The translations under genes and the position numbers were made by a program. The notes below the pieces were generated by a model that saw only the letters and a list, made by a program, of their open reading frames with translations, searched no databases and was not told where the DNA came from. 64,000 bases of DNA from an uncultured Acidobacteriota bacterium (lineage in GTDB: Bacteria; Acidobacteriota; Terriglobia; Acidiferrales; UBA7541), in NCBI GenBank assembly GCA_963718785.1, contig CAVQZW010000007.1, positions 3,303-67,302 on the forward strand, written 5' to 3'. Of the stretch, positions 28,628 to 39,101 are shown piece by piece (position 1 is the stretch's first letter; each line of letters opens with the position of its first letter).

Positions 28628-29899
28628 TCAGGAGAGGTCCATTGCAGAGGAGTTTGCATATTGTGGGAGCAAGAGATTCATAGCGGCGGCCAGCGCCAAC
28701 GCCCCTGCGAGAATAGCCAGCAAGGAGGTATAGGAGCCCGTCAGGTCGAATGTGCGGCCCAGTATCACGGGACCAATGGCTCCCGCGGCGGCGTAAAACG
28801 TCCAGGTAAGCCCGTAGAGCGTGGAAAAGGCGCGCAGCCCAAAATAACGAGTCAGCAAGTAAGGCGTGATGGCGGCTTCGCCGCCGGCACCAATACCAAT
28901 GAGCGCAGCGGCGAAGCAACCAGCAGGAAAGCTACTCGCTCGTGCAAGCAGAAAAATGCCCGCCGCGGTAATCAGGTTCACCACAAAGGCTACCCGCGCG
29001 CCGAAAAATCGGTCGAGCAGCCAGCCTACACCGATCCTTCCGAGAACGCTTGAACCGCCCAGTAGAGATGCGCATAGCGCCGCATCCCCAGGAGTGATGC
29101 CTCGATCAGTGAGCAAAGCAGAGAGATGCGTGATCGCGCCATTCATACTGATCGAGCTTACGAAAAGGATGGCGACGATAATCCAGAAGGCAAAAGAGCG
29201 GAGGCCTTGCTGCCAAGTCAACCCGGAATGCGCGATGGGGGCGGGCTCCTGCGTGACTGCGCCACGTTCGACGATGTAACGCCAACTGAGCGGCAGCCCG
29301 AGAAGTAAGGCTAGAACGCCGAGCGAAAGGTAAGCTGCCCTCCAACCGGATCGGCTGATGATGGCTTGTCCTACGACCGGCAGAATCATGGCGCCCAAGC
29401 CCGCTCCGACCATGACAAAAGCCAGCGCCGTCCCTAATCGCTGCCGAAACCAAGTAGAAATGGAACGCGAATAAGCCAAATGAGCCGCGCCGTTTCCGAC
29501 CAGTCCCAGCAAGATGCAGGTCACGTAGAACTGCCACAAATGCGAGTGGAGTAATGACAACGAAATAATCGCGCAACCGTAAACTGTCATGCAGGGAAGA
29601 ATGATGCGGCGAGGGCCAAAGCGGTCGATCCAACGGCCCAGAAAAGGGGAGATCAAGCCCAGGGTAATGGCGGCGAGACCGAAGCCGAGCGAGATGCCTT
29701 CGCGGTTCCAACCGAACGCCGCGCTGAGCGGTTTGACAAAGACGTTAAAGGTGTAGACGAACAGCGAGCCAAATCCCGCCATTACACCGAAGCACGCCGC
29801 GAGGACTACGCGCCAGCCGTAGTAACGGAGATCGAATTCTGTAAGTGTGGCGGCCGTTTCAGAGCCCTGTGGGGGATTCCTGCCAACGAGTTGCGTCAA
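28628..29899 (-). CDS. MFS transporter (OFA/MCT-like)
   Basis: YYGWRVVLA, GRWIDRFGPR, GWLLDRF; about 12 TM segments; TTG start 3 nt after the MetE-like stop. Confidence 0.9.
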   Translation of the reverse strand: MTQLVGRNPPQGSETAATLTEFDLRYYGWRVVLAACFGVMAGFGSLFVYTFNVFVKPLSAAFGWNREGISLGFGLAAITLGLISPFLGRWIDRFGPRRIILPCMTVYGCAIISLSLLHSHLWQFYVTCILLGLVGNGAAHLAYSRSISTWFRQRLGTALAFVMVGAGLGAMILPVVGQAIISRSGWRAAYLSLGVLALLLGLPLSWRYIVERGAVTQEPAPIAHSGLTWQQGLRSFAFWIIVAILFVSSISMNGAITHLSALLTDRGITPGDAALCASLLGGSSVLGRIGVGWLLDRFFGARVAFVVNLITAAGIFLLARASSFPAGCFAAALIGIGAGGEAAITPYLLTRYFGLRAFSTLYGLTWTFYAAAGAIGPVILGRTFDLTGSYTSLLAILAGALALAAAMNLLLPQYANSSAMDLS

Positions 29900-29902
29900 G
29901 GC

Positions 29903-31000
29903 TTAGGCCCAGACACGACGAGCCGTATCCGCAACAAGTTTCAGCTTGGCCCACTGGCGGTCTTCCGTGATGAGATTCCCTTCCGCCGTCGAAGCGAAAC
30001 CGCACTGGGGACTGAGAGCCAAGTTCTCGAGCGGAACGATGCGCGAGGCTTCTTCGATACGCTTGGTAAGCTCGCGGGGGTCTTCCATTTGCGGGAGCTT
30101 CGAACTGATGAGACCGAGAACAACCGTCTTGCTTTTCGGAACGAAACGCAGCGGTTCGAATGTACCCGAACGGGCATCGTCGTATTCCAGAAGGAACCGA
30201 TCTACCTCGAGAGTGCCGAAGAGTTTTTCGGCGATGGCATCGTAGCCACCTTCGGCATACCAATGGCTGCGATTGTTTCCGCGGCAGAGATGAATGGCGA
30301 GGGTTACGCCGGGGCGGCGAGCAGCGCGGAAACAAGCGTTGTCCGCCTTGATGGCTTCGTCGAGCGCTGCGTCGGGGTCCATTCCGATCTCTTTGCGGAT
30401 CCATTCGCGCCACTTGGGATCCATGTAGTAGCTGTAGCGAGGAGCGTCGATCTGAATGTATTTCACTCCATTGCCGGAGAGCGTCGCGAGATCGCTCTTC
30501 ATGATTTCCACGACAGCCCACAAAAGCTCGGAGTGGTTTTTGTAGATGGCATCCGTTACGCCGCGCTTGAAAGAGATGGCCGGAAATTGAGTTGCACTGG
30601 GAAGGGTCATTTTAATGTCGCCCGGACTGTGAGCTTTCAAGAAGGGCAATTCGTGTCCAGTCAGCGGCCTTACCTGGCGCAATTTTTTGGTAACGATGCC
30701 GGCGACGCTGCTCACGGGCGCCGCGCCTTTATCGCCGGCTTTCCAGTTTCGTGCGACGGCGTCGCCGAAGTCGAAGCCCTCGACGGCATCAGTGAAATCG
30801 CTCATGAAGTTCCTGCGCCGCAATTCTCCGTCAGTGAAGATCGCGAACCCAAGCTCCTTTTGTTTCGCGAGCACGCGAAGGATGTGCTGATCTTCAAGTG
30901 CACGCAGCTTCTCCGCATTTGTGCCGTTGCTCCTGGCTGCGAGCAAATCCGGTGGTCTCAGAAGACTGCCTATCTGGTCAGCGCGAAGGGTGTTCGCCAT
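29903..31000 (-). CDS. Cobalamin-independent methionine synthase II-like (single-barrel MetE family) Zn enzyme
   Basis: RADQIGSLLRP, TDGELRR, YIQIDAP, IHLCRGN, LEYDD, SPQCGFAS. Confidence 0.88.
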   Translation of the reverse strand: MANTLRADQIGSLLRPPDLLAARSNGTNAEKLRALEDQHILRVLAKQKELGFAIFTDGELRRRNFMSDFTDAVEGFDFGDAVARNWKAGDKGAAPVSSVAGIVTKKLRQVRPLTGHELPFLKAHSPGDIKMTLPSATQFPAISFKRGVTDAIYKNHSELLWAVVEIMKSDLATLSGNGVKYIQIDAPRYSYYMDPKWREWIRKEIGMDPDAALDEAIKADNACFRAARRPGVTLAIHLCRGNNRSHWYAEGGYDAIAEKLFGTLEVDRFLLEYDDARSGTFEPLRFVPKSKTVVLGLISSKLPQMEDPRELTKRIEEASRIVPLENLALSPQCGFASTAEGNLITEDRQWAKLKLVADTARRVWA

Positions 31001-31878
31001 GATGGTTTGGACCTTCCTCCCAAGCTGGATCCGGCGAGCGGCTCCATGACGGTGCCGAAATTGGCCGGGCCGCGGCTGAGCGCTTTGGAAAGCCTCGCCG
31101 CGAAATCTAAAAGCAAAGGGATTTTCTTGTCGAAATCCGGACCGACAAATCGTAGCGTGGGCCCGGCCATACCGAGGGCCGCAATGACGCGACCACCTTT
31201 GTAAAGAATGGGAGCGGCAATGCCGCTCAATCCCTTTTCCAATTCTTCGTGGTCGGTAGCATAACCGCGAAGGCGAATAAGGTCGAGAACGGGCTTGAGA
31301 TTCCGAGTACCCTGAATGGTGAGAGGGGTGTACATCCTGGCGCCATTTCGGAAGATGATGTTGTAGGCCTCGCGCTCGGGGAGCCACGCGAGGATAACTT
31401 TACCAACCGCAGTGCAGTGCGCTGGGAATCGTTCGCCGATGAGCGTGCGGACGGTGATGATGGACGTCGGGGAATCGATGCGGTCGAGACAAATGACTCC
31501 GCCTGCGCCGGGAACGGCGAGGCTGACGCTTTCGTTAGAACGCCGGGCGAGCTCTTCGAGAAAGGGACGCGCTTCGGACTGGAGAGAGCGTGCGTGGAGA
31601 GAGCGCGCGCCGAGTTCGTAAAACTTGAGGCCAAGCCGATATTTTTCGTTGAGAGGGTTTTGTTCGATGAGATGGAATTTCTGCATGGCGGCGAGGAGCC
31701 GATACACAGTGGATTTGTTGAGAGCGAGGTCGAAAGAAATCTGAGAGATGGCCATTTCAGGGCCATTCTCGCCCAGGTGGATGAGAATGCGCATGGCCTT
31801 CTGCAAAGATTTGCTGGCACCGGCTTCGCCGCGATCGGGGGAGAGTGGCCTTCGACTACGCTTCGAGGCGGCGGGCAA
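30970..31878 (-). CDS. IclR-family transcriptional regulator
   Basis: SLQKAMRIL, NKSTVYRLL, PAHCTAVGKVIL, GYATDHEELEKGLSGIAAPI. Confidence 0.92.
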   Translation of the reverse strand: MPAASKRSRRPLSPDRGEAGASKSLQKAMRILIHLGENGPEMAISQISFDLALNKSTVYRLLAAMQKFHLIEQNPLNEKYRLGLKFYELGARSLHARSLQSEARPFLEELARRSNESVSLAVPGAGGVICLDRIDSPTSIITVRTLIGERFPAHCTAVGKVILAWLPEREAYNIIFRNGARMYTPLTIQGTRNLKPVLDLIRLRGYATDHEELEKGLSGIAAPILYKGGRVIAALGMAGPTLRFVGPDFDKKIPLLLDFAARLSKALSRGPANFGTVMEPLAGSSLGGRSKPSWRTPFALTR

Positions 31879-31958
31879 TGGGGAACCTCCGAATCAGCGC
31901 AGGGCAGGTAGAAAAAATCCTTTCTAACGCAGAAGGCGGGAGAGTTAGAATCGCGCCA

Positions 31959-31991
31959 TTCATATTGTGAAACATAGTTTCACAATATGAA
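31959..31991. promoter_or_regulatory. Perfect 15-bp-arm inverted repeat, probable IclR operator
   Basis: TTCATATTGTGAAAC-ATA-GTTTCACAATATGAA between the divergent IclR and vanA genes. Confidence 0.7.
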
Positions 31992-32017
31992 ACACCAGAA
32001 CCGGGAGGAAAACAAGT

Positions 32018-33052
32018 ATGTTTTTGCGCGACTACTGGTACGCGGCCGCCTGGGACCACGAGATCAAGCACGCGCCCCTCGCTCGAACGATCTGCGGCGA
32101 GCCGATTGTTTTCTATCGTCAAACGAACGGCGCCCTCAGCGCGTTTGAAGATTGCTGTCCGCATCGCCTGTTGCCGCTCTCGAAGGGATATCTGCAAGGG
32201 GACCATTTGATTTGCAAGTATCACGGGTTGGAATTTGACGAGTGCGGCCAATGCGTGTGGATGCCAGGACAGCAAGGCGTGCACAAAGACACGAAGATTG
32301 GAGTTTACCCAGTGGCGGAGCGGCATCGATTTGTGTGGGTGTGGATGGGAAGCCCGGAGCTAGCCGACGTGAGCAAGATTCCGAATTTTGGTTGGTGCTC
32401 GGACCCGAAATGGATTTTCGAAGGAAGCACTTACCACGTCAAATGCAGCGCGCAGCTCCTGGTAGACAATCTAATGGACTTGTCGCACGAAACCTACGTG
32501 CATCCTTCGAGTATCGGGCAACACGAAATCGTTGAAGCACCGATCAAGACGACATCGGATGAGAAATCCGTGACGGCCACGCGGTGGATGTACAACATCG
32601 ATCCGCCTCCGTTTTGGGCGGCAAATCTGAGGTCACATGAAAAATGCGACCGCTGGCAGATTTGTCATTTTTCGCTGCCGGCGAACGTGATGATTGACGT
32701 GGGCGTGGCGCTCGCGGGAACGGGGGCCCCGCAGGGTGACCGCTCCAAAGGGGTGACGGGTATTGTGGTGAATGTAATGACTCCGGAGACGGAAACGACG
32801 ACTTGGTATCACTGGGGGATGGCGCGGAACTTCCAGTTGGAGGACCGCGGTTTGACGTTTCGCATTCGAGACGCGCAGGCTTCTGTGTTTGCAGAGGATA
32901 TGGACATTTTGGAAGCGCAGCAGCAGAGCATTCTCCAGCGGGAAAATCGAAAGCTGCTGGATTTGAAGATTGATTCCGGCGGGGTTTATGCGCGACGGAT
33001 TGTGGATCGTGAATTGGCGCGGCAAGCGAGCGCAGTTGCTACGTCGCGTTGA
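32018..33052 (+). CDS. vanA: Vanillate O-demethylase-type Rieske oxygenase subunit
   Basis: CPHR...CKYHG Rieske motif; DNLMDLSHETYVH; EDMDILEAQQ. Confidence 0.88.
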   Translation: MFLRDYWYAAAWDHEIKHAPLARTICGEPIVFYRQTNGALSAFEDCCPHRLLPLSKGYLQGDHLICKYHGLEFDECGQCVWMPGQQGVHKDTKIGVYPVAERHRFVWVWMGSPELADVSKIPNFGWCSDPKWIFEGSTYHVKCSAQLLVDNLMDLSHETYVHPSSIGQHEIVEAPIKTTSDEKSVTATRWMYNIDPPPFWAANLRSHEKCDRWQICHFSLPANVMIDVGVALAGTGAPQGDRSKGVTGIVVNVMTPETETTTWYHWGMARNFQLEDRGLTFRIRDAQASVFAEDMDILEAQQQSILQRENRKLLDLKIDSGGVYARRIVDRELARQASAVATSR

Positions 33053-33200
33053 GAGTCATTTAAATTGCCACCTTCGCTCACTAGAAGTAGACAGGAATCA
33101 TGCTGTGGCCAGCCAGACCTGATATCCTCACAAATCGCGGTAGCGCCGTTCGCGCGTTCCAGAGCCCGGCTGCAAAAATACTTAAGAGATTGAGAGAAGC

Positions 33201-34481
33201 ATGCCGAACAAACAGGCGTTCTATGGCTGGAAGCTGGTAGGAGCGCTGTGGTTCCTGGACTTTCTCAACATGGGGTTTCCGCTTTATGGCGGAGCGGTGA
33301 TCAACACCTACATGTTGAAGGAAATTGCGATGAGCCGAAGCACGTTCGGCTTGGGGTTCACCCTTTTAAATTTACTTGTTGGCTTGCCTTCGATCATCGT
33401 GGCGATGTCGATTTTGAAGTGGGGCATCCGAAGAACTTTTGGAATTGGCTCGGCGGTGATTCTTTCTGGCGCGCTGTGGCTGGCGTTGTTTGCCTCGCGA
33501 CCCTGGCACTATGTTGTCGGATTCGGAGTTTTGATCGGAACGGGGATTAGTTTTGGGACGATCGTTCCGGTGTCCACGGCGGTGACGCGATGGTTCAGGC
33601 GGTACCGAGGAAGGGCGATGGCAGTCGCGCTGAGCGCATCGGGGTTCGCGGGATTTGTTGGAGCGCCACTGACGAACAAGATTTTGGCAGCGAATGGGGG
33701 AAACTGGCGGCAGGCGTGGGAGGTGGTCGCGGGTGTCGCGATTTTCTCCGCGCTATTCGCGTTTTTTTTCGTGAAGGAACGCCCTGAAGATCTGGGGCAA
33801 GTAGTCGATGGACAGAAAGAGCAAGTCGGTTCGGCGCAGGCCGCCATCACAAATCATCTCGTAACGAAGTTCGCGTGGACGCCGGAGCAGGCGTACGCAA
33901 CGCGCTCGTATTGGATGATTGTGATCGGCGGAGTTGCATGCCAATTTCCATTTTTCTTTTTTACGGCGCATTGGATTCTGCATCTCAAGGGAGCGGGCAT
34001 TGCCGCGAGCGATGCGGCATGGGCGATGGGACTCTTTAGCATTGGAGCGGTGGAGGGGCGGCTCGTGGGCGGTTGGTTGATGGACCGGCTGACAGCGCGG
34101 CTGGCCTTCATGCTGGGTTTGTGTTGCTACTTTGTCGGCTCTGTACTGGCAATCAGCGTGAATCCCCATGCGCTGTGGATTGCCTATGCCGCGGCGATTT
34201 TGTATGGAACGGGATTTGGATGGACGTTTGTCTGCTTGAACACGGCGACGGCGCATTTCTATGGGCCGGCTGCATTTCCCAAACTAAACGGGATGGCGCT
34301 ACTCCTTACGGGAGCTGTCTGTTCGCCTGCGGGATTTATTGGCGGAAAGTTGTTCGATATCCTGGGAAACTACAGACTGGCGTTTGAGATCAACATGCTT
34401 GTCGCGGCGCTCGGAGTTGCTGCGCTGTTTTTTGCGACGATGCCAGGCCCGCCGCCCCACGAAGAGCGCCAGGTGAGTTGA
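33201..34481 (+). CDS. MFS transporter
   Basis: FYGWKLV, WFRRYRGRA, GWLMDRL; about 12 TM segments. Confidence 0.9.
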   Translation: MPNKQAFYGWKLVGALWFLDFLNMGFPLYGGAVINTYMLKEIAMSRSTFGLGFTLLNLLVGLPSIIVAMSILKWGIRRTFGIGSAVILSGALWLALFASRPWHYVVGFGVLIGTGISFGTIVPVSTAVTRWFRRYRGRAMAVALSASGFAGFVGAPLTNKILAANGGNWRQAWEVVAGVAIFSALFAFFFVKERPEDLGQVVDGQKEQVGSAQAAITNHLVTKFAWTPEQAYATRSYWMIVIGGVACQFPFFFFTAHWILHLKGAGIAASDAAWAMGLFSIGAVEGRLVGGWLMDRLTARLAFMLGLCCYFVGSVLAISVNPHALWIAYAAAILYGTGFGWTFVCLNTATAHFYGPAAFPKLNGMALLLTGAVCSPAGFIGGKLFDILGNYRLAFEINMLVAALGVAALFFATMPGPPPHEERQVS

Positions 34482-34504
34482 TTTTTCATGGGCCGATCGG
34501 CCAA

Positions 34505-36649
34505 TTATTTACTTGGCGGTTTAGATTCAGCTAGAGTTTGGTTCGCGCGGAAGATCACGTAGGCGCGGATGGCTTCGGCATTTTCTTTCGAGAGCTCTTT
34601 TGAAAACGAGACCATGCCGAAGGGCTTTAGCGAGCCGCCGAGAACAACGTCGGACCAAGCGGAATTCTCCAGCGTGCCGGAATAGCGCAGGTCCGGCAGA
34701 ACCCCGCCACTTACAGCAACATCTCCATGGCATGTGGAGCAGTAGCTTTGAAAAAGCGCTTCGCCCTTATGCACAGTTGCCGCGGTGGCTGTTGATGGCA
34801 GCGGCTTCAGCTGTGGTTGCGAGAGAGGCGGCAATGGCGGCAAGCTCGACTTGCCACCCAATCGGAAGGCGAGCACGCGGCTAATGTTTTGCGGCCTGCC
34901 CACTTTCAGCGCGATTTCTCCCGTGGCCAGAGGGAATGCTCCTCCCCAGCCAACTACCACGGCGACGTACTGCTCTTTGCCGACAGTGTAAGTAACAGGC
35001 GCGGCGACAACCCCGCTTTGCGCCTCGGCAGACCACAATTTTTCACCTTTATCGGCACGATAGGCTTCCATATTGCCTTGTGCGGTGCCTTCAAAGAGCA
35101 GATTCCCGGCAGTCGTTAGAATTCCGCCGTTTACAGGGCTGGTGCGATCGACGCGCCAGATTTCTTTTTGTTGGATGGGATCCCACGCCGACAGATGCCC
35201 CTTGATGCTATCGAGAATCGATTTCTTCACATCGGGTTTCTGTGGCAAGCCCGCAGCCACAAAGTCGATCGCCGTGTTGTAGGCGAGATTTCTTGCCGCA
35301 AAGTGTTCCTCCGATTTGTAGTAGAAGCCGGCCTCTTCCACGGGAATATAGACCAGCCCTGTTAGCGGGCTGTAGGACATGGAATGCCAAGTGTGACCGC
35401 CCAGCGGCCCTGGAGTAAGCGGCGTGCCTTTGCCGCCCTCTTCGTATCGCGCGCTGCTGCTTTCGATTGGGCGGCCTGTAGCCGAGTCAATTCCCGTGGC
35501 CCAAGTGACGTTGGTATAGGGCTTGGCGGAAATGAGTTGTCCCGTGGCGCGATCGAGCACGTAAAAGAATCCGTCTTTCGGAGCCTGGAGAAGCACTTTT
35601 CTCGCAGCGCCTCCAATAGTGAGGTCGGCTAGGATCATTGGGGCAGCCGCATCGTAGTCCCACGCATCGCCGGGAACTTCCTGGTAGTGCCAGACGTATT
35701 CTCCGGTGTCCGGCTTGATCGCCACAATTGAACTTGTGAACAGATTGTCTTTTCCCTGCGGACTACGCGCGCGGCGGTTCCACGGTGTGCCGTTGCCAGT
35801 TCCGATGAAAAGCAGATCGAGTTCGGAATCGTAGACGATGGAGTCCCAGACGGTACCGCCGCCGCCGAGTTTCCACCACTCGCCGCTCCAGGTTTTCGCG
35901 GCCTTCTCCATCGCAGGGTTCTCGAAGGGCTTCGCCGGGTCACCGGGAACGGTGTAGAAACGCCAGGCGAGCTTGCCGGACTCGGCGTCGTAAGCGGAGA
36001 CGTAACCACGCACGTCCATTTCCGCGCCGCCGTTCCCGATAAGCACTTTGCCCTTCACAACGCGCGGCGCGCCGGTGATGGTGTAACGGGTCTTGGGATC
36101 AGTGGTGTTTGTTTCCCAAACGGGCTTTCCCGTCGCAGCGTCGAGAGCAACGAGTCGCCCGTCCAGCGTGCCGACAAAGACTTTTCCGCGCCAAGCCGCG
36201 ACGCCCCGATTGACCACGTCACAGCACGCGTTGACGGCTGACTCGGGCGGCACTTTCGGATCGTAGGACCATAATTTCTCTCCTGTCGCCGCATTCACGG
36301 CGAAGACTTTGCTCCAAGCGGTGGAGAAATACATCACACCGTCGACAACGATGGGAGTGGCTTCCTGTCCGCGGCGAACGTTCAGGTCCACAGACCATGC
36401 GAGCCCGAGTTGGCCGACGTTCTGGTCGTTGATTTGTTTCAACGGGCTAAAGCGCTGTTCATCATAGGACCGTCCATAACTCATCCAGTTTCCTGGTTCC
36501 TGATCCGCGTGCAGCAGCCGTGATTCATCCACGTTGGCTGGCGAGACTGTTGCTGTAGATTTTTCCGTGGCTCCGTTTTTCGAGCTGCATGCCGCCCCGC
36601 AGAAGAGCACGATTCCGATGGCGAGAGGCTGCAAGAATTTTCGCTTCAT
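34505..36649 (-). CDS. Type II quinohemoprotein (PQQ + heme c) alcohol dehydrogenase
   Basis: AAGGAG before ATG 36649; signal/lipoprotein-like N-terminus; [28 protein letters not shown]; C-terminal CSTCH. Confidence 0.92.
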   Translation of the reverse strand: MKRKFLQPLAIGIVLFCGAACSSKNGATEKSTATVSPANVDESRLLHADQEPGNWMSYGRSYDEQRFSPLKQINDQNVGQLGLAWSVDLNVRRGQEATPIVVDGVMYFSTAWSKVFAVNAATGEKLWSYDPKVPPESAVNACCDVVNRGVAAWRGKVFVGTLDGRLVALDAATGKPVWETNTTDPKTRYTITGAPRVVKGKVLIGNGGAEMDVRGYVSAYDAESGKLAWRFYTVPGDPAKPFENPAMEKAAKTWSGEWWKLGGGGTVWDSIVYDSELDLLFIGTGNGTPWNRRARSPQGKDNLFTSSIVAIKPDTGEYVWHYQEVPGDAWDYDAAAPMILADLTIGGAARKVLLQAPKDGFFYVLDRATGQLISAKPYTNVTWATGIDSATGRPIESSSARYEEGGKGTPLTPGPLGGHTWHSMSYSPLTGLVYIPVEEAGFYYKSEEHFAARNLAYNTAIDFVAAGLPQKPDVKKSILDSIKGHLSAWDPIQQKEIWRVDRTSPVNGGILTTAGNLLFEGTAQGNMEAYRADKGEKLWSAEAQSGVVAAPVTYTVGKEQYVAVVVGWGGAFPLATGEIALKVGRPQNISRVLAFRLGGKSSLPPLPPLSQPQLKPLPSTATAATVHKGEALFQSYCSTCHGDVAVSGGVLPDLRYSGTLENSAWSDVVLGGSLKPFGMVSFSKELSKENAEAIRAYVIFRANQTLAESKPPSK

Positions 36650-36885
36650 GGATACTCCTTGAGGCGCTGATTCGAAGATGCGCCACTCGATTCCACCCAG
36701 CTCTAAATTGCGGTTCGACAAGAACGCTGTTTTGCGCGGGCTATCTTTATATACTTCGCCGCGCTTCTTTCCAAGCAAAACGAATATCGCGCAGTCCTCA
36801 ATTCTCTAATTCGCTTGTTCCTCCAAAGAGTCTGTAATAGCTTTGTGCCCGCTTCGTTAGCTTCGCTGCCAAACGGAATAAGCAA

Positions 36886-37440
36886 ATGGACGAACTCATC
36901 AGCCTGGATCGCCGGGAAATTCTAAGAGCTACTACCGGCATTTTAGCGGGCCTGGTGGTGGCCGGAAGCCCTCTGGCGGCGATCGCGCGTGGGCGTGCGT
37001 GGGCAATTGATCTAACGGCATTCACGACTCCCGAGGGTGCCGCTCTCCTGGCTGCGGCGCGCACGATGATGCCACACGACAAACTCGATGACGCGGCTTA
37101 CGCTCTGGTCGTCCGTGCCATCGATGGTGATGCGAGCAAAGATGAACTGACCCGCAAGTTGTTTAAGGAAGGGGTCGAAAGTCTCGGAGGAGGATTTGCT
37201 ACGAGCACGGAGAATGAAAGAGTTGCTGAACTGAAAAAACTGGAGTTCTCTGAGTTTTTCAAGGCGATGCGGCTGAGGACAGTGCAAGTTCTTTATTCCA
37301 CGCCGCTCGCCTACGCTTATTTCGGCTATGAGGGCGAAGCATTCTCCAAAGGCGGATACCTTCTCCGCGGATTCAACGATCTGAAGTGGTTGCCAGAAGT
37401 GCCGTTTGGGGACAGCGGAACGATACCCGTCAGCAAGTAA
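36886..37440 (+). CDS. Tat-exported gluconate-2-dehydrogenase subunit-3-like partner of the GMC enzyme
   Basis: DRREIL twin-arginine signal; AYFGYEG...GGYL...DLKWLP C-terminus. Confidence 0.8.
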   Translation: MDELISLDRREILRATTGILAGLVVAGSPLAAIARGRAWAIDLTAFTTPEGAALLAAARTMMPHDKLDDAAYALVVRAIDGDASKDELTRKLFKEGVESLGGGFATSTENERVAELKKLEFSEFFKAMRLRTVQVLYSTPLAYAYFGYEGEAFSKGGYLLRGFNDLKWLPEVPFGDSGTIPVSK

Positions 37441-37458
37441 TTCACGGAAACTGCAAAT

Positions 37459-39027
37459 ATGCCTCGCATAGAATTCAACGACAGCAGCCCGGTAGTGATC
37501 ATTGGTTCCGGTGCGGGCGGCGGCACGCTTGCGCACGAACTGACACGGCGTGGCATCAAGGTTGTGCTGCTCGAAGCGGGCAAGCGCCAATCGCTTGAGA
37601 CATTTTCACAAGTGCCAGGAGAAGCTTTCGGCCAACTGACATGGCTTGATCCGCGAACGCAGAGCGGGAATTGGGGTGTTGCGCGCGACTTCCCTACTCT
37701 GCCCGCATGGCATTGCAAAACCGTTGGCGGGACAACGGTACATTGGACGGCTTCCACGCCGCGCCTGCAACCCTGGGAGATGCGGGCCAAAAGCACTTAC
37801 GGCAGCGTGCCGGGCGCTTCGTTGATTGACTGGCCAATTTCGTTCGAGGAACTCGAGAAATATTACGAAATCGCGGAACGCCGCATGGTTGTGACGCGGC
37901 GAAATGGTGTGCCAGGCCTGCCGGCTTCGAACAATTTCAAAGTCATGTACGCGGGAGCGAAGAAGCTCGGTTACAAGCAAGTGCACACAGGACACATGGC
38001 GATCAATTCGCGGGCCGCCGACGGGCGAGGCTTTTGTATCCAGCAAGGTTTCTGCGTGCAAGGCTGCAAAATGGGAGCTAAGTGGAGCACGCTGTACACG
38101 GAGATTCCACGAGCGGAAGCAACGGGCAATCTTGATCTGCGTGTAGAAGCGACGGCGACCCGGATTGAGCATGGAGCGGACGGCCGCGTGAACGCAGTCG
38201 TCTATCGAGACAAGCAGGGCCAGGAACAGCGGCAATCTGCTCGCTTGGTCTGTGTCGCGGGCAACGCCATTGAAACGGCCCGGTTGCTGCTGCTCTCGAC
38301 ATCTTCGAAATTTCCGCAGGGCCTCGCAAATTCCGCGGGCCAGGTCGGCCGAAACTATTGCCACCAGATCACCGGCTTCGTTTGGGGGATATTCGAAAAG
38401 CCTGTGCATTCGTGGCGAGGAGCGACGCTGGCAGGCGTTGTGGAAGACGAAGCAATCAACGATCCACGCCGCGGATTTGTCGGCGGCTACCGGATCGAAC
38501 TGCTTGCTTTGGACCTCCCTACTCTTCCACTGGTTGGTTTGCCCTACGGATGGGGCCGGGACTTCGCATCCATCATGGAAAATTATCGAAACATGGCCGG
38601 CATGTTCATTAACGGCGAGGACTTGCCTCGCGCGGAGAATCGCATCACGTTGAATTCAGGAGTGAAGGACGGCTTCGGCCTGCCCGTAGCCAATGTCCAC
38701 GTGGACGAGCATTCGAATGATCAATCCATGCGCAAACATGCGCAAGGACAAATGTCCAAAATGTATGATGCGATCGGCGCAAGACGGATCGTTCTCGGAC
38801 CGACACCACCGGCAACGCACAACCTTGGTACAGCACGCATGAGCGCCGATCCGCGGGATGGGGTGACGAACGCCTGGGGACAAACTCACGACATCAAGAA
38901 TCTGTTTATTTCCGATGGAAGCGCGTTGACCACTCCAGGTTCGGCAAATCCTACTCTGACCATTGTCGCGTTGGCGCTGCGGCAGGCGGAATACATCGCG
39001 CAACAAATGAAGGCGGCGAACATCTAA
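37459..39027 (+). CDS. GMC-family FAD oxidoreductase
   Basis: IIGSGAGGG, KTVGGTTVHW, ATHNLGTARM, NPTLTIVALALR. Confidence 0.92.
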   Translation: MPRIEFNDSSPVVIIGSGAGGGTLAHELTRRGIKVVLLEAGKRQSLETFSQVPGEAFGQLTWLDPRTQSGNWGVARDFPTLPAWHCKTVGGTTVHWTASTPRLQPWEMRAKSTYGSVPGASLIDWPISFEELEKYYEIAERRMVVTRRNGVPGLPASNNFKVMYAGAKKLGYKQVHTGHMAINSRAADGRGFCIQQGFCVQGCKMGAKWSTLYTEIPRAEATGNLDLRVEATATRIEHGADGRVNAVVYRDKQGQEQRQSARLVCVAGNAIETARLLLLSTSSKFPQGLANSAGQVGRNYCHQITGFVWGIFEKPVHSWRGATLAGVVEDEAINDPRRGFVGGYRIELLALDLPTLPLVGLPYGWGRDFASIMENYRNMAGMFINGEDLPRAENRITLNSGVKDGFGLPVANVHVDEHSNDQSMRKHAQGQMSKMYDAIGARRIVLGPTPPATHNLGTARMSADPRDGVTNAWGQTHDIKNLFISDGSALTTPGSANPTLTIVALALRQAEYIAQQMKAANI

Positions 39028-39101
39028 CTGGCAAGCGCTGCGGTTGCGGCCCTTTTTGAGAGAGCCAGAAGCAAGACGAGATTCAAGGGAGAAGACTGGA
39101 A

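Noticed and set aside
29891-31204. 437-aa plus-strand ORF and similar long antisense ORFs (17841-18434, 27020-27769, 49081-49962, 54317-55135)
   Set aside because: Shadow frames of well-supported opposite-strand genes in GC-rich DNA; no recognisable motifs.
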